A DNA stretch of 64,000 bases from Candidatus Ozemobacteraceae bacterium (GCA_965140445.1 OZ223236.1:4512001-4576000), one strand, 5' to 3'; counted from the stretch's first letter, positions 1 through 9,547 are shown. The notes: generated by a model not told the origin, from the letters alone. Numbers and translations are program-made.

Positions 1-104
1 ATGCTATTTAGCTGCAAGATTTTAATTGCAAGCTGCATCTCGGGGGTCATTTTGAGGGTCTGCGCAAGTTTCTGAGAAAGCCCCAGTCTTATTGAACCAT
101 CCAT
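1..104 (-). CDS. rpoN: RNA polymerase sigma-54 factor, 5' end (runs off the window)
   Basis: Not in the ORF track. My translation from ATG at 104 is MDGSIRLGLSQKLAQTLKMTPEMQLAIKILQLNS, matching the sigma54 region I pattern (Q..QL.MTP.LQ.AI.ILQL). An AAGGTG RBS-like sequence lies upstream. Confidence 0.85.
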   Translation of the reverse strand, partial: MDGSIRLGLSQKLAQTLKMTPEMQLAIKILQLNS

Positions 105-195
105 ATTTGGACACCTTTGCCTGTCTTATTTGTTAACGTTTTAATAGGGATGTCTCCCAATTGCTCTGTAGTATTGTTCTCTTTATGTAGTTACT

Positions 196-224
196 AATAT
201 AACCTGAAATTCAAAATGAGTCAA
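196..224 (-). promoter_or_regulatory. sigma70-type promoter for rpoN
   Basis: Minus strand reads TTGACT-17 nt-TATATT in the mutS2-rpoN gap. Confidence 0.55.
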
Positions 225-235
225 AAAAACTGGTA

Positions 236-2713
236 TTACTTTTGCTTGAATCCCTTTTTTCTATATGGTTTTTTGGGAATTCTAAGTTCATCAGGCTTCT
301 CTTCATCAGCCTCACTCTTAAATACAACCACGGTAACACCCATATCTCCCTCACCATATTTTCCTGGTCTGAATTTTTTTCTATAGGGTCCACTCCTAAG
401 AAATTCATTAATTCCGCGCTGTAGTGCTCCGGTTCCTTTCCCATGGATCAAATATACTTTTCCCAGACCATTAGATTCAGCAACCTTCAAATAGGTTTCA
501 GCTCTTTCAATAGCCTCTTCCAGGCGCAAACCTCGCAGATCAATTTCATCGCGAACAAATTGACTTGGTGCATAAACCGATCCCGTTCGCTCCTTCTTTT
601 CCTTTTTGGAGTTTTTATGTGGAGCAGGAGACAACTCGCTTAAAGGCACCAGAAAGGACTTTCCATCAAAATCTAATTCGACTTTTTTGCGTCCGGAATC
701 TATTCGCGTGATTTTTCCTTTCTGCATTATCTTTGCCCACAAGACCATTTCTCCAATATTCAAAGTTGAAATATCTTCTATGGGTTCGCCAGGTGAATAT
801 TCATTATCAGGAATATCCCGAAGTTCAGTAAGGGTATTTCTCACATCCTGATGTGCCTTGCGAGCCAATTGTAATTCACTTTCTTTTGCTTCATTTTTCT
901 GGGTCTGCAAATCTTGAGCTTGAGATTTCTTTAATCCGCTTATCAGACTTTCAAATTCCTTCAGCTTGGCCTTAAGTTTTCCGGCGTATTCTTCGGTGAG
1001 CTTATCTCTTTTTTTCCGGCGAAATTCTTGAAGTTGTGCCATTGTTGATTCAATTTCAGCCTCTTTTTGCCTCATAGAAGCAATTTTTTGAACATAGGTT
1101 CTTCTCAAAGCTTCTGCTCGATTTCTTTCTCTTTCAATAGCTTCTAACAAAGCGGCTTCATCTTTTGAACCAGCTTTATCAAGATCATCCAACTCCTTCA
1201 GAATGGCTTCTGGCAGCTCAAAACTTCGGGCAATTGCCAGCGCATTACTTTTTCCGGGAATACCCATTTGAAATCTGAAAGTAGGTTTAAAGGTTTCATA
1301 ATCGAATTCCATTGCAGCATTAGAAAAACCTTCTGAAACAAAAGCCATATGCTTTAGTGAATCATAGTGAGATGTTACGAGCGAGAAAGATCCTCGGCGA
1401 TGGATTTCTTTTAAAAAACCTGTAGCCAACGCACTACCCTCTGCCGGGTCTGTTCCAACACAAATTTCATCTATTAGGATCAAGGAGCGATTATCGCAAA
1501 GCTCTAACAGTTCCTTCAAGCGCTTAAGATGAGCGGTAAAGGTTGAAAGATGGTCTTCAATGCTCTGACTTTCACCTATATCTGAGAGTATTTCATTAAA
1601 TACCGGCATCTTTGAATTACATGAAGCCAGAATATAGTTTCCAGTTTGCAGCAGCAAAGCATTCAACCCAAGACTTTTCAAGGCAACCGTTTTACCACCA
1701 CCATTAGGCCCGGTTATGATAATACAACCAATCTTTTTGCCCATTTCTATATCTAATGGAATACAGTTGGGATGAATCAATGGATGCCTGGCAGATTTCA
1801 GCTCCAACTCCATCTTGTCGCAAATTTCAGGTCTGCTACAGTCATATTCACGAGCAAATCTGGCTTTAGCATTTAAAACATCCATATGAACAAGTGTTTC
1901 AAATATCTCCTGCAAAGTTCTACTAGATGCAGCCAGCATTCCGGTTAACCCAATGAGAATTCTTTTTACTTCTTCACGTTCTGAGAGTTTTAGCTGAGCC
2001 AATCTGTTGTTTAGTGGTAAAAAAGCAATTGGCTCCATAAACACCGTCTGCCCTGTTGCAGACTGGTCATGAATGATCCCCTGAACCTGACTCTGATTTG
2101 AAGCTGAAATTGGAATTACATACCTGTCATTTCTTAATGTAAAAAACCTGTCTTGAGTTAAATCTGAGTGATCACTCAAAAACATGTTCAGCCTTTTCTC
2201 AATTTCATTTTTGGTCGAAACCAGGTCTCTCTTTATTGATGCAAGAGCAGGGCTGGCATCAGGCCTAAGCTCACCTTTTTCATCAAAACAGCTGTCCAGA
2301 CGTTTATAAATAGTAGAAAGAGAAGGCATAGACCTCACCCTGTCTGCAACGACAGAAAATTTTGTTTTTACAGTATCTGGGTCTCTGGATTCAAATCTTT
2401 CTTTAAGTTGATTTGCTACTTCAAGATTTGCTTTAACTTTAAGAAAATCCTCACTACCTAATACAGTGTTACCCATATTTATCAATTCTAGGATCTCTCT
2501 GAGGTCTCTTATTCCACCCACAGAAAATTTGAAACCACACTCATAATAAGAGATCAATTCTTCAAGCTCATTTAACTCAAATGTAACCTGCTTAATGCTT
2601 GAACTTGGCTTTAAGGTCAAAATTGATTCTTTTGCAGCGTTAGAGCCCGCAAAAACTGCAATTTTCTTTAATACTTTATCGAATTCTAGATTTTCAATTG
2701 ATTTTGTTTCCAT
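236..2713 (-). CDS. mutS2: Endonuclease MutS2 (MutS ATPase, coiled coil, KOW-like region, Smr domain)
   Basis: N-terminal LEFDK, GIIHDQSATGQTVFMEP, Walker A ITGPNGGGKT, LIDEICVGTDP, and Smr motifs DLRG...IHGKGTG. Confidence 0.95.
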   Translation of the reverse strand: METKSIENLEFDKVLKKIAVFAGSNAAKESILTLKPSSSIKQVTFELNELEELISYYECGFKFSVGGIRDLREILELINMGNTVLGSEDFLKVKANLEVANQLKERFESRDPDTVKTKFSVVADRVRSMPSLSTIYKRLDSCFDEKGELRPDASPALASIKRDLVSTKNEIEKRLNMFLSDHSDLTQDRFFTLRNDRYVIPISASNQSQVQGIIHDQSATGQTVFMEPIAFLPLNNRLAQLKLSEREEVKRILIGLTGMLAASSRTLQEIFETLVHMDVLNAKARFAREYDCSRPEICDKMELELKSARHPLIHPNCIPLDIEMGKKIGCIIITGPNGGGKTVALKSLGLNALLLQTGNYILASCNSKMPVFNEILSDIGESQSIEDHLSTFTAHLKRLKELLELCDNRSLILIDEICVGTDPAEGSALATGFLKEIHRRGSFSLVTSHYDSLKHMAFVSEGFSNAAMEFDYETFKPTFRFQMGIPGKSNALAIARSFELPEAILKELDDLDKAGSKDEAALLEAIERERNRAEALRRTYVQKIASMRQKEAEIESTMAQLQEFRRKKRDKLTEEYAGKLKAKLKEFESLISGLKKSQAQDLQTQKNEAKESELQLARKAHQDVRNTLTELRDIPDNEYSPGEPIEDISTLNIGEMVLWAKIMQKGKITRIDSGRKKVELDFDGKSFLVPLSELSPAPHKNSKKEKKERTGSVYAPSQFVRDEIDLRGLRLEEAIERAETYLKVAESNGLGKVYLIHGKGTGALQRGINEFLRSGPYRKKFRPGKYGEGDMGVTVVVFKSEADEEKPDELRIPKKPYRKKGFKQK

Positions 2714-2724
2714 ACCTTTATCCT

Positions 2725-2765
2725 AAAACAAGTTTCACTACGCTACTAACTTAGCGCAGTGAAAC
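2725..2765 (-). terminator. Probable intrinsic terminator hairpin after glmS
   Basis: Inverted repeat GTTTCACTaCGCTA/TAGCGcAGTGAAAC, followed by TTGTTTT on the minus strand. Confidence 0.55.
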
Positions 2766-2791
2766 AAATAACCGATTTTATTTTTTACGAA

Positions 2792-4624
2792 CTATTCTAC
2801 TGTTACTGACTTGGCAAGATTTCTTGGTTGGTCAACGTCCAACCCTCTAAGATCTGCAACGTAATATGAAAATAGCTGTAAAGGAACAACGTTAATAATT
2901 GGAGATAAAATTTCCGAAACTCTTGGCACCTCGATAACATCATCGGTGAGATGCCTGATTTCTTCGTCTCCTTCAGTTGCAATAGCGATTAATTTGCCTG
3001 ATCGCGCCTGGACTTCTTTTAAATTTGAAATAGTTTTATCATAAACATTTGACTCTGTTGCTAGTGCCATAACTGGCATATCATGATCAATAAGAGCAAT
3101 AGGACCGTGCTTCATCTCGCCAGCAGCATATGCTTCAGCATGAATATAGCTGATTTCCTTTAGTTTGAGCGCTCCCTCGAGAGCTGAAGGATAGTTTATA
3201 CCCCTTCCCAAAAACAGGAAACTTTTGGCATCAACATAATGTGATGCCAGTTTTTTTATTTGCTCGCATTTATCAAGGACTCTTTCAATCTGTTGTGGAA
3301 TGACTTTAAGTTCGCGAATCATTTCCATTACATACTCTGGAGTAAGAACCGATCTGATTTTTCCCAGCATCAAAGCCAGAAGGGTCAGAGCAGTAACCAT
3401 GGCTATATAAGCCTTTGTTGAAGCAACGCCAATCTCAGGACCAGCATGAATATAAACAAGCCCATCAACTTCACGCGTTAAAGACGACTCCTTAGCATTA
3501 ACGATTCCAAGAACCTTCGCCCCACGGCTTTTTGCTTCCCGAACAGCGGCAAGAGTGTCCGCTGTTTCTCCGGACTGACTAATGGCAATAACCAGGGTAT
3601 TCTGGTCAACCAAGGGAGATCTATATCTGAACTCACTTGCAAGATCACATTCAACCGGGATCTTCACAAGACTCTCAATTAGATATTTACCGACACATCC
3701 TGCATAAAAAGCGGTTCCACAAGCCACCACGACAATTCTCTGTGCCTTATAAATATCTGGCCCGGTCAAACCGAGCTCCTCCAGATAAATTTTACCCTCT
3801 TCCTCTGAAGTTCGACCCCCAATAGTATTTCTGATTACCTGAGGCTGTTCGAAAATCTCCTTAAGCATGAAATGACTGAACCCACCTTTTTCTGCTGCAA
3901 CCGGGTTCCAATCTACCTGAACTGGAGTTTTTTCCGTCGGATTGCCTTCCAGATCATAAAATTCAATTCCATCACGACTTACCGTTGCGGCTTCAAGGTT
4001 TTCCAGATAAACAACTTTTCTGGTATAAGAAAGAATCGCCGTAACGTCGGATGCAACGAAGTTTTCACCTGTGCCAAGACCAACGATCAGTGGACTCTCT
4101 TTTCTGGCACAAACGATGGCTTCAGGATGATCTCTATGGAGAACCGCGATAGCATAAGCGCCCTCCACTTCTTTCAGGGCATCAAGAACAGCTTTTTTAA
4201 GATCGCCTTCATAATGTGATTCGATCAGATGAGCAATAACCTCAGAATCTGTCTCAGAGACAAATTTGTGTCCCTCAGCTTCAAGACGCTTTTTAAGGCG
4301 CATGAAATTTTCAATGATTCCATTGTGGGCTACCATCAAAGAATTATCACAATCGCTATGCGGATGTGCGTTGAACGCAGATGGTCTACCATGTGTCGCC
4401 CACCTGGTGTGGCCAATTCCCACCGAAGATGTTGAACCAAAATCTTCCATGAGCATTGATTTTATATTTCTAAGCTTGCCAATATCCTTTTTTACATGGA
4501 TTTTGGCATCATCAATTACTGCGATTCCTGCTGAATCGTAGCCACGATATTCAAGTTTTGTTAACCCATCAAAAATAACTTCATTTGCTGCTTTATTCCC
4601 GATGTATCCTATGATTCCACACAT
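2792..4624 (-). CDS. glmS: Glutamine--fructose-6-phosphate transaminase (isomerizing)
   Basis: MCGIIG N-terminus, LEYRGYDSAG, GHTRWATHG, SQSGETADT and C-terminal PRNLAKSVTVE. Confidence 0.99.
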   Translation of the reverse strand: MCGIIGYIGNKAANEVIFDGLTKLEYRGYDSAGIAVIDDAKIHVKKDIGKLRNIKSMLMEDFGSTSSVGIGHTRWATHGRPSAFNAHPHSDCDNSLMVAHNGIIENFMRLKKRLEAEGHKFVSETDSEVIAHLIESHYEGDLKKAVLDALKEVEGAYAIAVLHRDHPEAIVCARKESPLIVGLGTGENFVASDVTAILSYTRKVVYLENLEAATVSRDGIEFYDLEGNPTEKTPVQVDWNPVAAEKGGFSHFMLKEIFEQPQVIRNTIGGRTSEEEGKIYLEELGLTGPDIYKAQRIVVVACGTAFYAGCVGKYLIESLVKIPVECDLASEFRYRSPLVDQNTLVIAISQSGETADTLAAVREAKSRGAKVLGIVNAKESSLTREVDGLVYIHAGPEIGVASTKAYIAMVTALTLLALMLGKIRSVLTPEYVMEMIRELKVIPQQIERVLDKCEQIKKLASHYVDAKSFLFLGRGINYPSALEGALKLKEISYIHAEAYAAGEMKHGPIALIDHDMPVMALATESNVYDKTISNLKEVQARSGKLIAIATEGDEEIRHLTDDVIEVPRVSEILSPIINVVPLQLFSYYVADLRGLDVDQPRNLAKSVTVE

Positions 4625-4649
4625 ATTAGTGAATCCTTTCGTTCAATGG

Positions 4650-6257
4650 TTAGAATTTTACTTTTCCTGATCTGTATTTACTGTTTTCACTACTATTTTC
4701 ATTTGGTTTGCTTGAGTTTGAACCGGATTCAGTTCCCCTCAAACTTTCTGCTAAATCGTTTGAAGCTTTTGCAAAGCTGGTGCCCGGGAATTGTTCAGCA
4801 ATCTCTTCATAGGCTTGAATGGCTTCAGAGGCATAGCCGTTATCTTTAAGAAAGTCCGCATACTGTTTATACGCCTTTGGCCTTCCCACTGATCTTTGGA
4901 TGTATTGAACAAAATACTGTCTTGCCTTGTCATTTTCCCCATCCTTAATGGCCATCTGAGCTCTTAAATAGCTGACCTGAGGATGTTTGAATTTTTTCTC
5001 CGCAAGATCAAGATGCTCCTGGGCATCTCCAAATGCTCCGCTTAATATCAGGCCTTCAGCCAAAGCCAGACGAGCCTCTACATTATCCGGATTTTCTTTC
5101 AATAAAGCTCCGGCAAGTTCCAGGCCTTTGGGGATATTAAAACTCTTAACCAGTGCCTGTGCTAAAAATGAACGATATTTAGTGTTAGTTGGAGAAATGG
5201 TGTTTGCGGCCTGAAGCTCGCCTACAGCATCCTCATATAGCTGGTTATCAACAAGAATTCTTGATTTCAGAAAGTGAGCTTCGGGATTTTTTGAGTCCTC
5301 ACTTAGGACTTTATTTACCATAGCAGTCGCATCCTGAGGGAATCCTCTGGAAAGCTTTATTTCTGCAAGTCCCATCATTCCTTCTGTAATTTGTGGATCC
5401 TTTTTCACAACTCTTTCAAATGCTTTTTCAGCTTCGTTCAACTTATTCTGAGACATATAGCTCTCAGCAAGATTTAGCATAGCAAATACATCTTCTTTTA
5501 TTTGAAGCGCTTTATTAAAAGTCTTTTCGGCATTTACAAAATCTTCCTGTTTCCGGTAAGAATCGCCAAGCAAAAAGCAGCTTTCAAAACTGTTCGGATC
5601 TATTTTAAGAGCTTTTTCAAAGAACTTTTCGGCTTTTGCGTAGTTTCCTGAGTTAAAATCAATAACTCCTAAATAATGATAGGCTTTGGCATTTTGAGGT
5701 TCCTTCTTTACTATTGCGTTAAGAAGGCTTGTTGCAGAGGCAAAGCGCTCCTCATCAATAGCATAAACAGCTTTTTCCAGGTCGGAAAGTTCTTTTTGAA
5801 CAGGATCTGGGGCCGGCTTTGAGCTCATTCTAGGTTTCTGCATCACATCCTTGGACTTGTATCCACCGATAGTTACTTCTTGAGGAATAGGAGCCACTCT
5901 GCGACTTTCTTCGCGTTTCTTTCGTTGATCGGCAAGAGCCTTTTCAATTTGTGTAATCAAACTGGCATATTGCTTTTGCCCCGGGTTCTTCTGAACAAGA
6001 ATTTTCGCATGTTTAAGAGCTAACTCCAAGTTACCGGAAGAAGTTAGACTATATATCAGATAATAACGGGCCTGATTATGATCTGGAGACATATCAACGA
6101 CTTGACCAAGGTAATCAGAAGCTCCTCTGTAATCCTTGGCAGCATAGAGTTTTAACCCCTGATCCAGTAACTGAGCAGTAAGATCCTGCCCATAGGTTGC
6201 ACCTGAGAGATTAAAAAGGGCAAGAATTGCCAATAGCAAAATCTGAGCTTTTTTCAT
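4650..6257 (-). CDS. Exported tetratricopeptide-repeat protein
   Basis: Signal peptide, many TPR units (e.g. AKAYHYLGVIDFNSGNYAKAEKFFEKALKIDP) and a GGAGG RBS. Confidence 0.85.
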   Translation of the reverse strand: MKKAQILLLAILALFNLSGATYGQDLTAQLLDQGLKLYAAKDYRGASDYLGQVVDMSPDHNQARYYLIYSLTSSGNLELALKHAKILVQKNPGQKQYASLITQIEKALADQRKKREESRRVAPIPQEVTIGGYKSKDVMQKPRMSSKPAPDPVQKELSDLEKAVYAIDEERFASATSLLNAIVKKEPQNAKAYHYLGVIDFNSGNYAKAEKFFEKALKIDPNSFESCFLLGDSYRKQEDFVNAEKTFNKALQIKEDVFAMLNLAESYMSQNKLNEAEKAFERVVKKDPQITEGMMGLAEIKLSRGFPQDATAMVNKVLSEDSKNPEAHFLKSRILVDNQLYEDAVGELQAANTISPTNTKYRSFLAQALVKSFNIPKGLELAGALLKENPDNVEARLALAEGLILSGAFGDAQEHLDLAEKKFKHPQVSYLRAQMAIKDGENDKARQYFVQYIQRSVGRPKAYKQYADFLKDNGYASEAIQAYEEIAEQFPGTSFAKASNDLAESLRGTESGSNSSKPNENSSENSKYRSGKVKF

Positions 6258-6317
6258 TGTATCCTCCTTATAGATCCTGATCTAACGCAGGCGTCTGTAT
6301 ATAGGAACTCCTTAGCA

Positions 6318-6671
6318 TCAGCCTTCAAGAAGATCCATTCCTTCCTGACGATCAGCGACCTGATTCGCGATGAAAAAGAAACCAGACATTTCAAGCACTA
6401 CAGAGTGGTGTTTATCTAAGCCCCAAACCGCAAGCTGTCCAGCATAGTCATCAACAATTATACTACTTACATCAAGTAAGGCTGCTACACCAGGGCTACT
6501 AATTAATTTAATCTGAGAAAAATCAAAAGCAAAATTTGACTTCCCAGCATTCAAAAGTTCTTCAATGTGATCTTTTAACTTAGTTCCGCCTGAATCCTCA
6601 AGATATCCTTCTAAGAATACAATCTCTACAGATCCACTGGTCTCAGCTTTTAATGAAAACGGTTTATACAT
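6318..6671 (-). CDS. STAS-domain protein (anti-sigma factor antagonist-like)
   Basis: LEGYLE...FDFSQIKLISSPGVAALL...VLEMSGF matches the STAS pattern. The likely start is ATG 6671 with a GAGGGA RBS. Confidence 0.85.
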   Translation of the reverse strand: MYKPFSLKAETSGSVEIVFLEGYLEDSGGTKLKDHIEELLNAGKSNFAFDFSQIKLISSPGVAALLDVSSIIVDDYAGQLAVWGLDKHHSVVLEMSGFFFIANQVADRQEGMDLLEG

Positions 6672-6691
6672 ACATCCCTCCGTGCAGACCA

Positions 6692-6720
6692 ATATTAACC
6701 AAGTTACTTGTAATAATCAA
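6692..6720 (-). promoter_or_regulatory. sigma70-type promoter for the STAS-TPR-glmS unit
   Basis: Minus strand reads TTGATT-17 nt-TAATAT. Confidence 0.45.
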
Positions 6721-6739
6721 TGCTTTTTCATTTTGAACT

Positions 6740-6772
6740 AAAATAAAAAATGTGCCGTTTTAGCGACACATT
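6740..6772 (-). terminator. Intrinsic terminator downstream of a small minus-strand ORF
   Basis: Minus strand AATGTGTCG-ctaaaa-CGGCACATT followed by TTTTATTTT. Confidence 0.55.
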
Positions 6773-6781
6773 GAAAGGGAG

Positions 6782-6883
6782 TTAGGGATTTGGTTGTCCA
6801 TTCACGAAAAGTTTCACCTTAAAGTTAAAGTTAAACTTCACATGAACTTCAAAAAACATATCGTCGAAAATAATTGGAAACAT
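6782..6883 (-). CDS. Candidate micropeptide (33 aa, or 25 aa from ATG 6859)
   Basis: MFPIIFDDMFFEVHVKFNFNFKVKLFVNGQPNP*. It ends 10 nt before a terminator but has no clear RBS. Confidence 0.3.
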   Translation of the reverse strand: MFPIIFDDMFFEVHVKFNFNFKVKLFVNGQPNP

Positions 6884-7019
6884 TAGCTTTTTTTTAAAAA
6901 AAATTTAATTTTTTTTTATCTCAAATTCGAAAGAAAATTGGACGATAGAAAATTTACGAAACAATTTTGATTTAAAAAAAAATAAAAAATAGAGCAAATT
7001 ACCCGGAGGTAAGCCCGTA

Positions 7020-7244
7020 ATGAAAAATGAAAGCCTCATGACAATCCCCGAATTGATGGATTTCCTGCAGGTTAAAAGGAATACCATTTACACTCTTAGA
7101 AGAATGGGTTTACCAACAGTTAAGATTGGGCGATCTGTCAGGTTCAAAGCGGATAGCGTATTAAAATGGTTAAGCCATCTGGAAGAAAGTAGTCACACAG
7201 AACGTCCAACTTACCTTAATCAGGATAATTCTCACCTACTATAA
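7020..7244 (+). CDS. Excisionase/BldC-like small helix-turn-helix DNA-binding protein (HTH_17-type)
   Basis: LMTIPELMDFLQVKRNTIYTLRRMGLPTVKIGRSVRF...VLKWL with a GGAGGT RBS. Confidence 0.85.
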   Translation: MKNESLMTIPELMDFLQVKRNTIYTLRRMGLPTVKIGRSVRFKADSVLKWLSHLEESSHTERPTYLNQDNSHLL

Positions 7245-7249
7245 AAATC

Positions 7250-7399
7250 ATGAACGAATCAGCACAAGAAATATTCTATCTTTTATGCTTCTCTGTAGGA
7301 ACAGGCTTTTTGTTTAGCAAAACGATTTTCTCATTGTTAAACATGTGGCAAGAAGAAGCGGCGATGAAAAACAATATGAACAGGCGATTACGCCCATAA
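7250..7399 (+). CDS. Small putative single-pass membrane protein (49 aa)
   Basis: Not in the ORF track. MNESAQEIFYLLCFSVGTGFLFSKTIFSLLNMWQEEAAMKNNMNRRLRP* starts 5 nt after the HTH stop and precedes the terminator. Confidence 0.5.
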   Translation: MNESAQEIFYLLCFSVGTGFLFSKTIFSLLNMWQEEAAMKNNMNRRLRP

Positions 7400-7429
7400 A
7401 TTAGATACCTTTAAATTCAACGAAAAGCT

Positions 7430-7470
7430 AACAAAGCGCTCAAATTAGATGTTCATTTGAGCGCTTTGTT
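7430..7470. terminator. Bidirectional terminator hairpin
   Basis: AACAAAGCGCTCAAAT / ATTTGAGCGCTTTGTT 16 bp stem between convergent genes. Confidence 0.75.
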
Positions 7471-7507
7471 GTTTTAAAAAGCTCTAGCCTGGTTTCTGTT
7501 TTACAAG

Positions 7508-9547
7508 TTATTTATACAAACGGTCGTAATTCCAGCAGCTCCCCATAACCTTTTTATAGTAGTCACGTGTTTCTGGAAGCGGGATTCGATCAAGGCGCTC
7601 AAAAACAGGTAGATGAGAATGTGGACCTTTTTCCACTTTTCTTAATACATTTCCTTGCCCACCATTATAAGATGCACTGGCAAGATGCAAATCACCCTTG
7701 AACATATCTGACAGGTATTTTAAATACCAGCATCCAAACTTAATGTTAGTTTCAGGGTCCCAAAGAGAGTTCTGCCTGAATCTCTTCACATTCAGTTTTT
7801 GAGCAATCCACTTTCCGGTTGATGGCAGAATCTGCATCAATCCCATAGCATTACTTCTTGATAGAGTCTTAGGATTAAAATGGCTTTCCTCTCGCATAAT
7901 AGAAAGAATCCAATGAGGAGAAATTGAGTATTTAGATGATTGTGACTTTACCTGCTTCCAGAATGCTCTTGGGTAAAAAGCCCTCCATCCCCAATCAGGC
8001 ATATCTGAAGCACCCTTTCCGTTTTCGAGCAAACGCCTTAACAAACGTTCACCATAAGCAGAAAGCAAGTTGTAGTCATTTGCTTCTTCTGCGATAGAGA
8101 TAACTGTTTTAAACAGGCTTAAATCTAACGGGTCCTTGTTAGTAAGTTTTCGCATTTCTTCACTTGCGATACTCGAGAACCCGCTGTTCATTAAGATTTT
8201 CCACACTTTTGTTCTGTTTCTAATTTTTCGAGAAGCTTTTTTTACTTTGCTACTACCAAATTTCATTGGAGAGCTAATTTCTTTTGGTGAAATCCAGCTT
8301 ATGAAGAACGAATTAGCATACTTGCTTTTTAGTATTTTAAAGAGTGCTTTTCCTTCCTTTGTCTGTGATCCGAGCGCCATAATAGAGTAACCAATTGCAT
8401 CGTCAGCCCTGTAATGCCATGGAAATTTCCTGGATAAGGCCATAAAAAAAGGAACTGAATCTAGTTTTTTTCCAGCATCATAAAGCTCTAACGCCATGTC
8501 ATAAACGTGTCCAGGGAGCAATCCTTCGGGATTTTTTGTTTTGGAAAGCCTGTTAACAAGCTCGAGCGATTCTGACAGCTTTCCAACTTTAAAGGTAGCT
8601 CTCATCAATCTATATTCAGCAGCTCTTCGATCTACAGGAAAAACAGGATTTTGCAAAACCTTTCGATAATCAGACACTGCATCAGAATATTTTAAAGCAA
8701 AGTAATTTATATCACCGCGAACTTGAAAAGCGTAGCTCTTAAGCGCTGGATGACTTAGTTTTCGCTTAACCAGAGAATTTAAAATTGAAATAGCACGATC
8801 GTTTTTCTTCTGAGAATTCAAATACTTTGCTTCAAAGACAGTTATAGCATCATTTCCCCATGCTCCAAGTTTTCTGGAGAATAAAGTTTTTTTTGCAAAA
8901 ACTTCTTTTCCCAGTCCTTCGTCAATGGCTAGTTTCAAAATCTCAAACCACTCATCACCTGTAAAAAGAAAGGTTTCATTTTTTGAAATAATTACTTTAA
9001 GTAGAGGAACAGCTTCAGGAGACCCTCTGTAAAATGGTTTTTCGGATGCATATTCTCTTAATGCAGATAATGCCATTCTACTTTTTTGAGTTTCAGCCAA
9101 ATCCTTAATTTCAAGAAGTTTTTCAAAAGCTTTCCCTCTTTGCCAGGAAGTTGGAAGGGTTTTAGCTAAGCCCTGAAAACGTCTCACGTCTTTATTTGTT
9201 GCCGACTCTACCATTAAAACAAAATGGGTAAATCTTGCCATGGCAGCAACTTCTGTTTCTGGGAATTTTTTCATTAATTCGCCATAAGATTTTATCGCAC
9301 CGACTTTATCTCCTGTTGCTTTTAAACATTCAGCAGTTAAAAACAAATGCAGCTCTTTTAGATCTCCAGGAGATAATTTTTTCATTTTTTTCAAAAGCGC
9401 ATCAAACTTTTTGGCTTCGTATAGTTTGTAAATGCTTCCAAGTTCTTTTTGCAAATAATTCTTAGCCGCCCAAACAGGACTTTGAAAAAATAAAACAAAA
9501 AACATTAAAAACATTAAAAGGCAGCCACTAATTTTCTTAAAAGACAT
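7508..9547 (-). CDS. Slt70-like soluble lytic transglycosylase with TPR-like N-terminal region
   Basis: Signal peptide and SLT motifs IMREES, AMGLMQ, SYNGG and ETRDYYKKV. The likely start is ATG 9547 with a GGAG RBS. Confidence 0.9.
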   Translation of the reverse strand: MSFKKISGCLLMFLMFFVLFFQSPVWAAKNYLQKELGSIYKLYEAKKFDALLKKMKKLSPGDLKELHLFLTAECLKATGDKVGAIKSYGELMKKFPETEVAAMARFTHFVLMVESATNKDVRRFQGLAKTLPTSWQRGKAFEKLLEIKDLAETQKSRMALSALREYASEKPFYRGSPEAVPLLKVIISKNETFLFTGDEWFEILKLAIDEGLGKEVFAKKTLFSRKLGAWGNDAITVFEAKYLNSQKKNDRAISILNSLVKRKLSHPALKSYAFQVRGDINYFALKYSDAVSDYRKVLQNPVFPVDRRAAEYRLMRATFKVGKLSESLELVNRLSKTKNPEGLLPGHVYDMALELYDAGKKLDSVPFFMALSRKFPWHYRADDAIGYSIMALGSQTKEGKALFKILKSKYANSFFISWISPKEISSPMKFGSSKVKKASRKIRNRTKVWKILMNSGFSSIASEEMRKLTNKDPLDLSLFKTVISIAEEANDYNLLSAYGERLLRRLLENGKGASDMPDWGWRAFYPRAFWKQVKSQSSKYSISPHWILSIMREESHFNPKTLSRSNAMGLMQILPSTGKWIAQKLNVKRFRQNSLWDPETNIKFGCWYLKYLSDMFKGDLHLASASYNGGQGNVLRKVEKGPHSHLPVFERLDRIPLPETRDYYKKVMGSCWNYDRLYK

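Noticed and set aside
4625..4649. glmS ribozyme upstream of glmS
   Set aside because: There are only 25 nt of intergenic space and no ribozyme core.
6740..6883. Phe-rich leader-peptide attenuator controlling STAS-TPR-glmS
   Set aside because: The downstream genes are unrelated to Phe, I found no antiterminator, and a separate sigma70-like promoter lies downstream of the hairpin. Kept only as a micropeptide candidate.
7020..7244. Prophage or ICE marked by the excisionase-like gene
   Set aside because: There is no integrase, phage gene, att repeat or tRNA, and the flanks are housekeeping genes.
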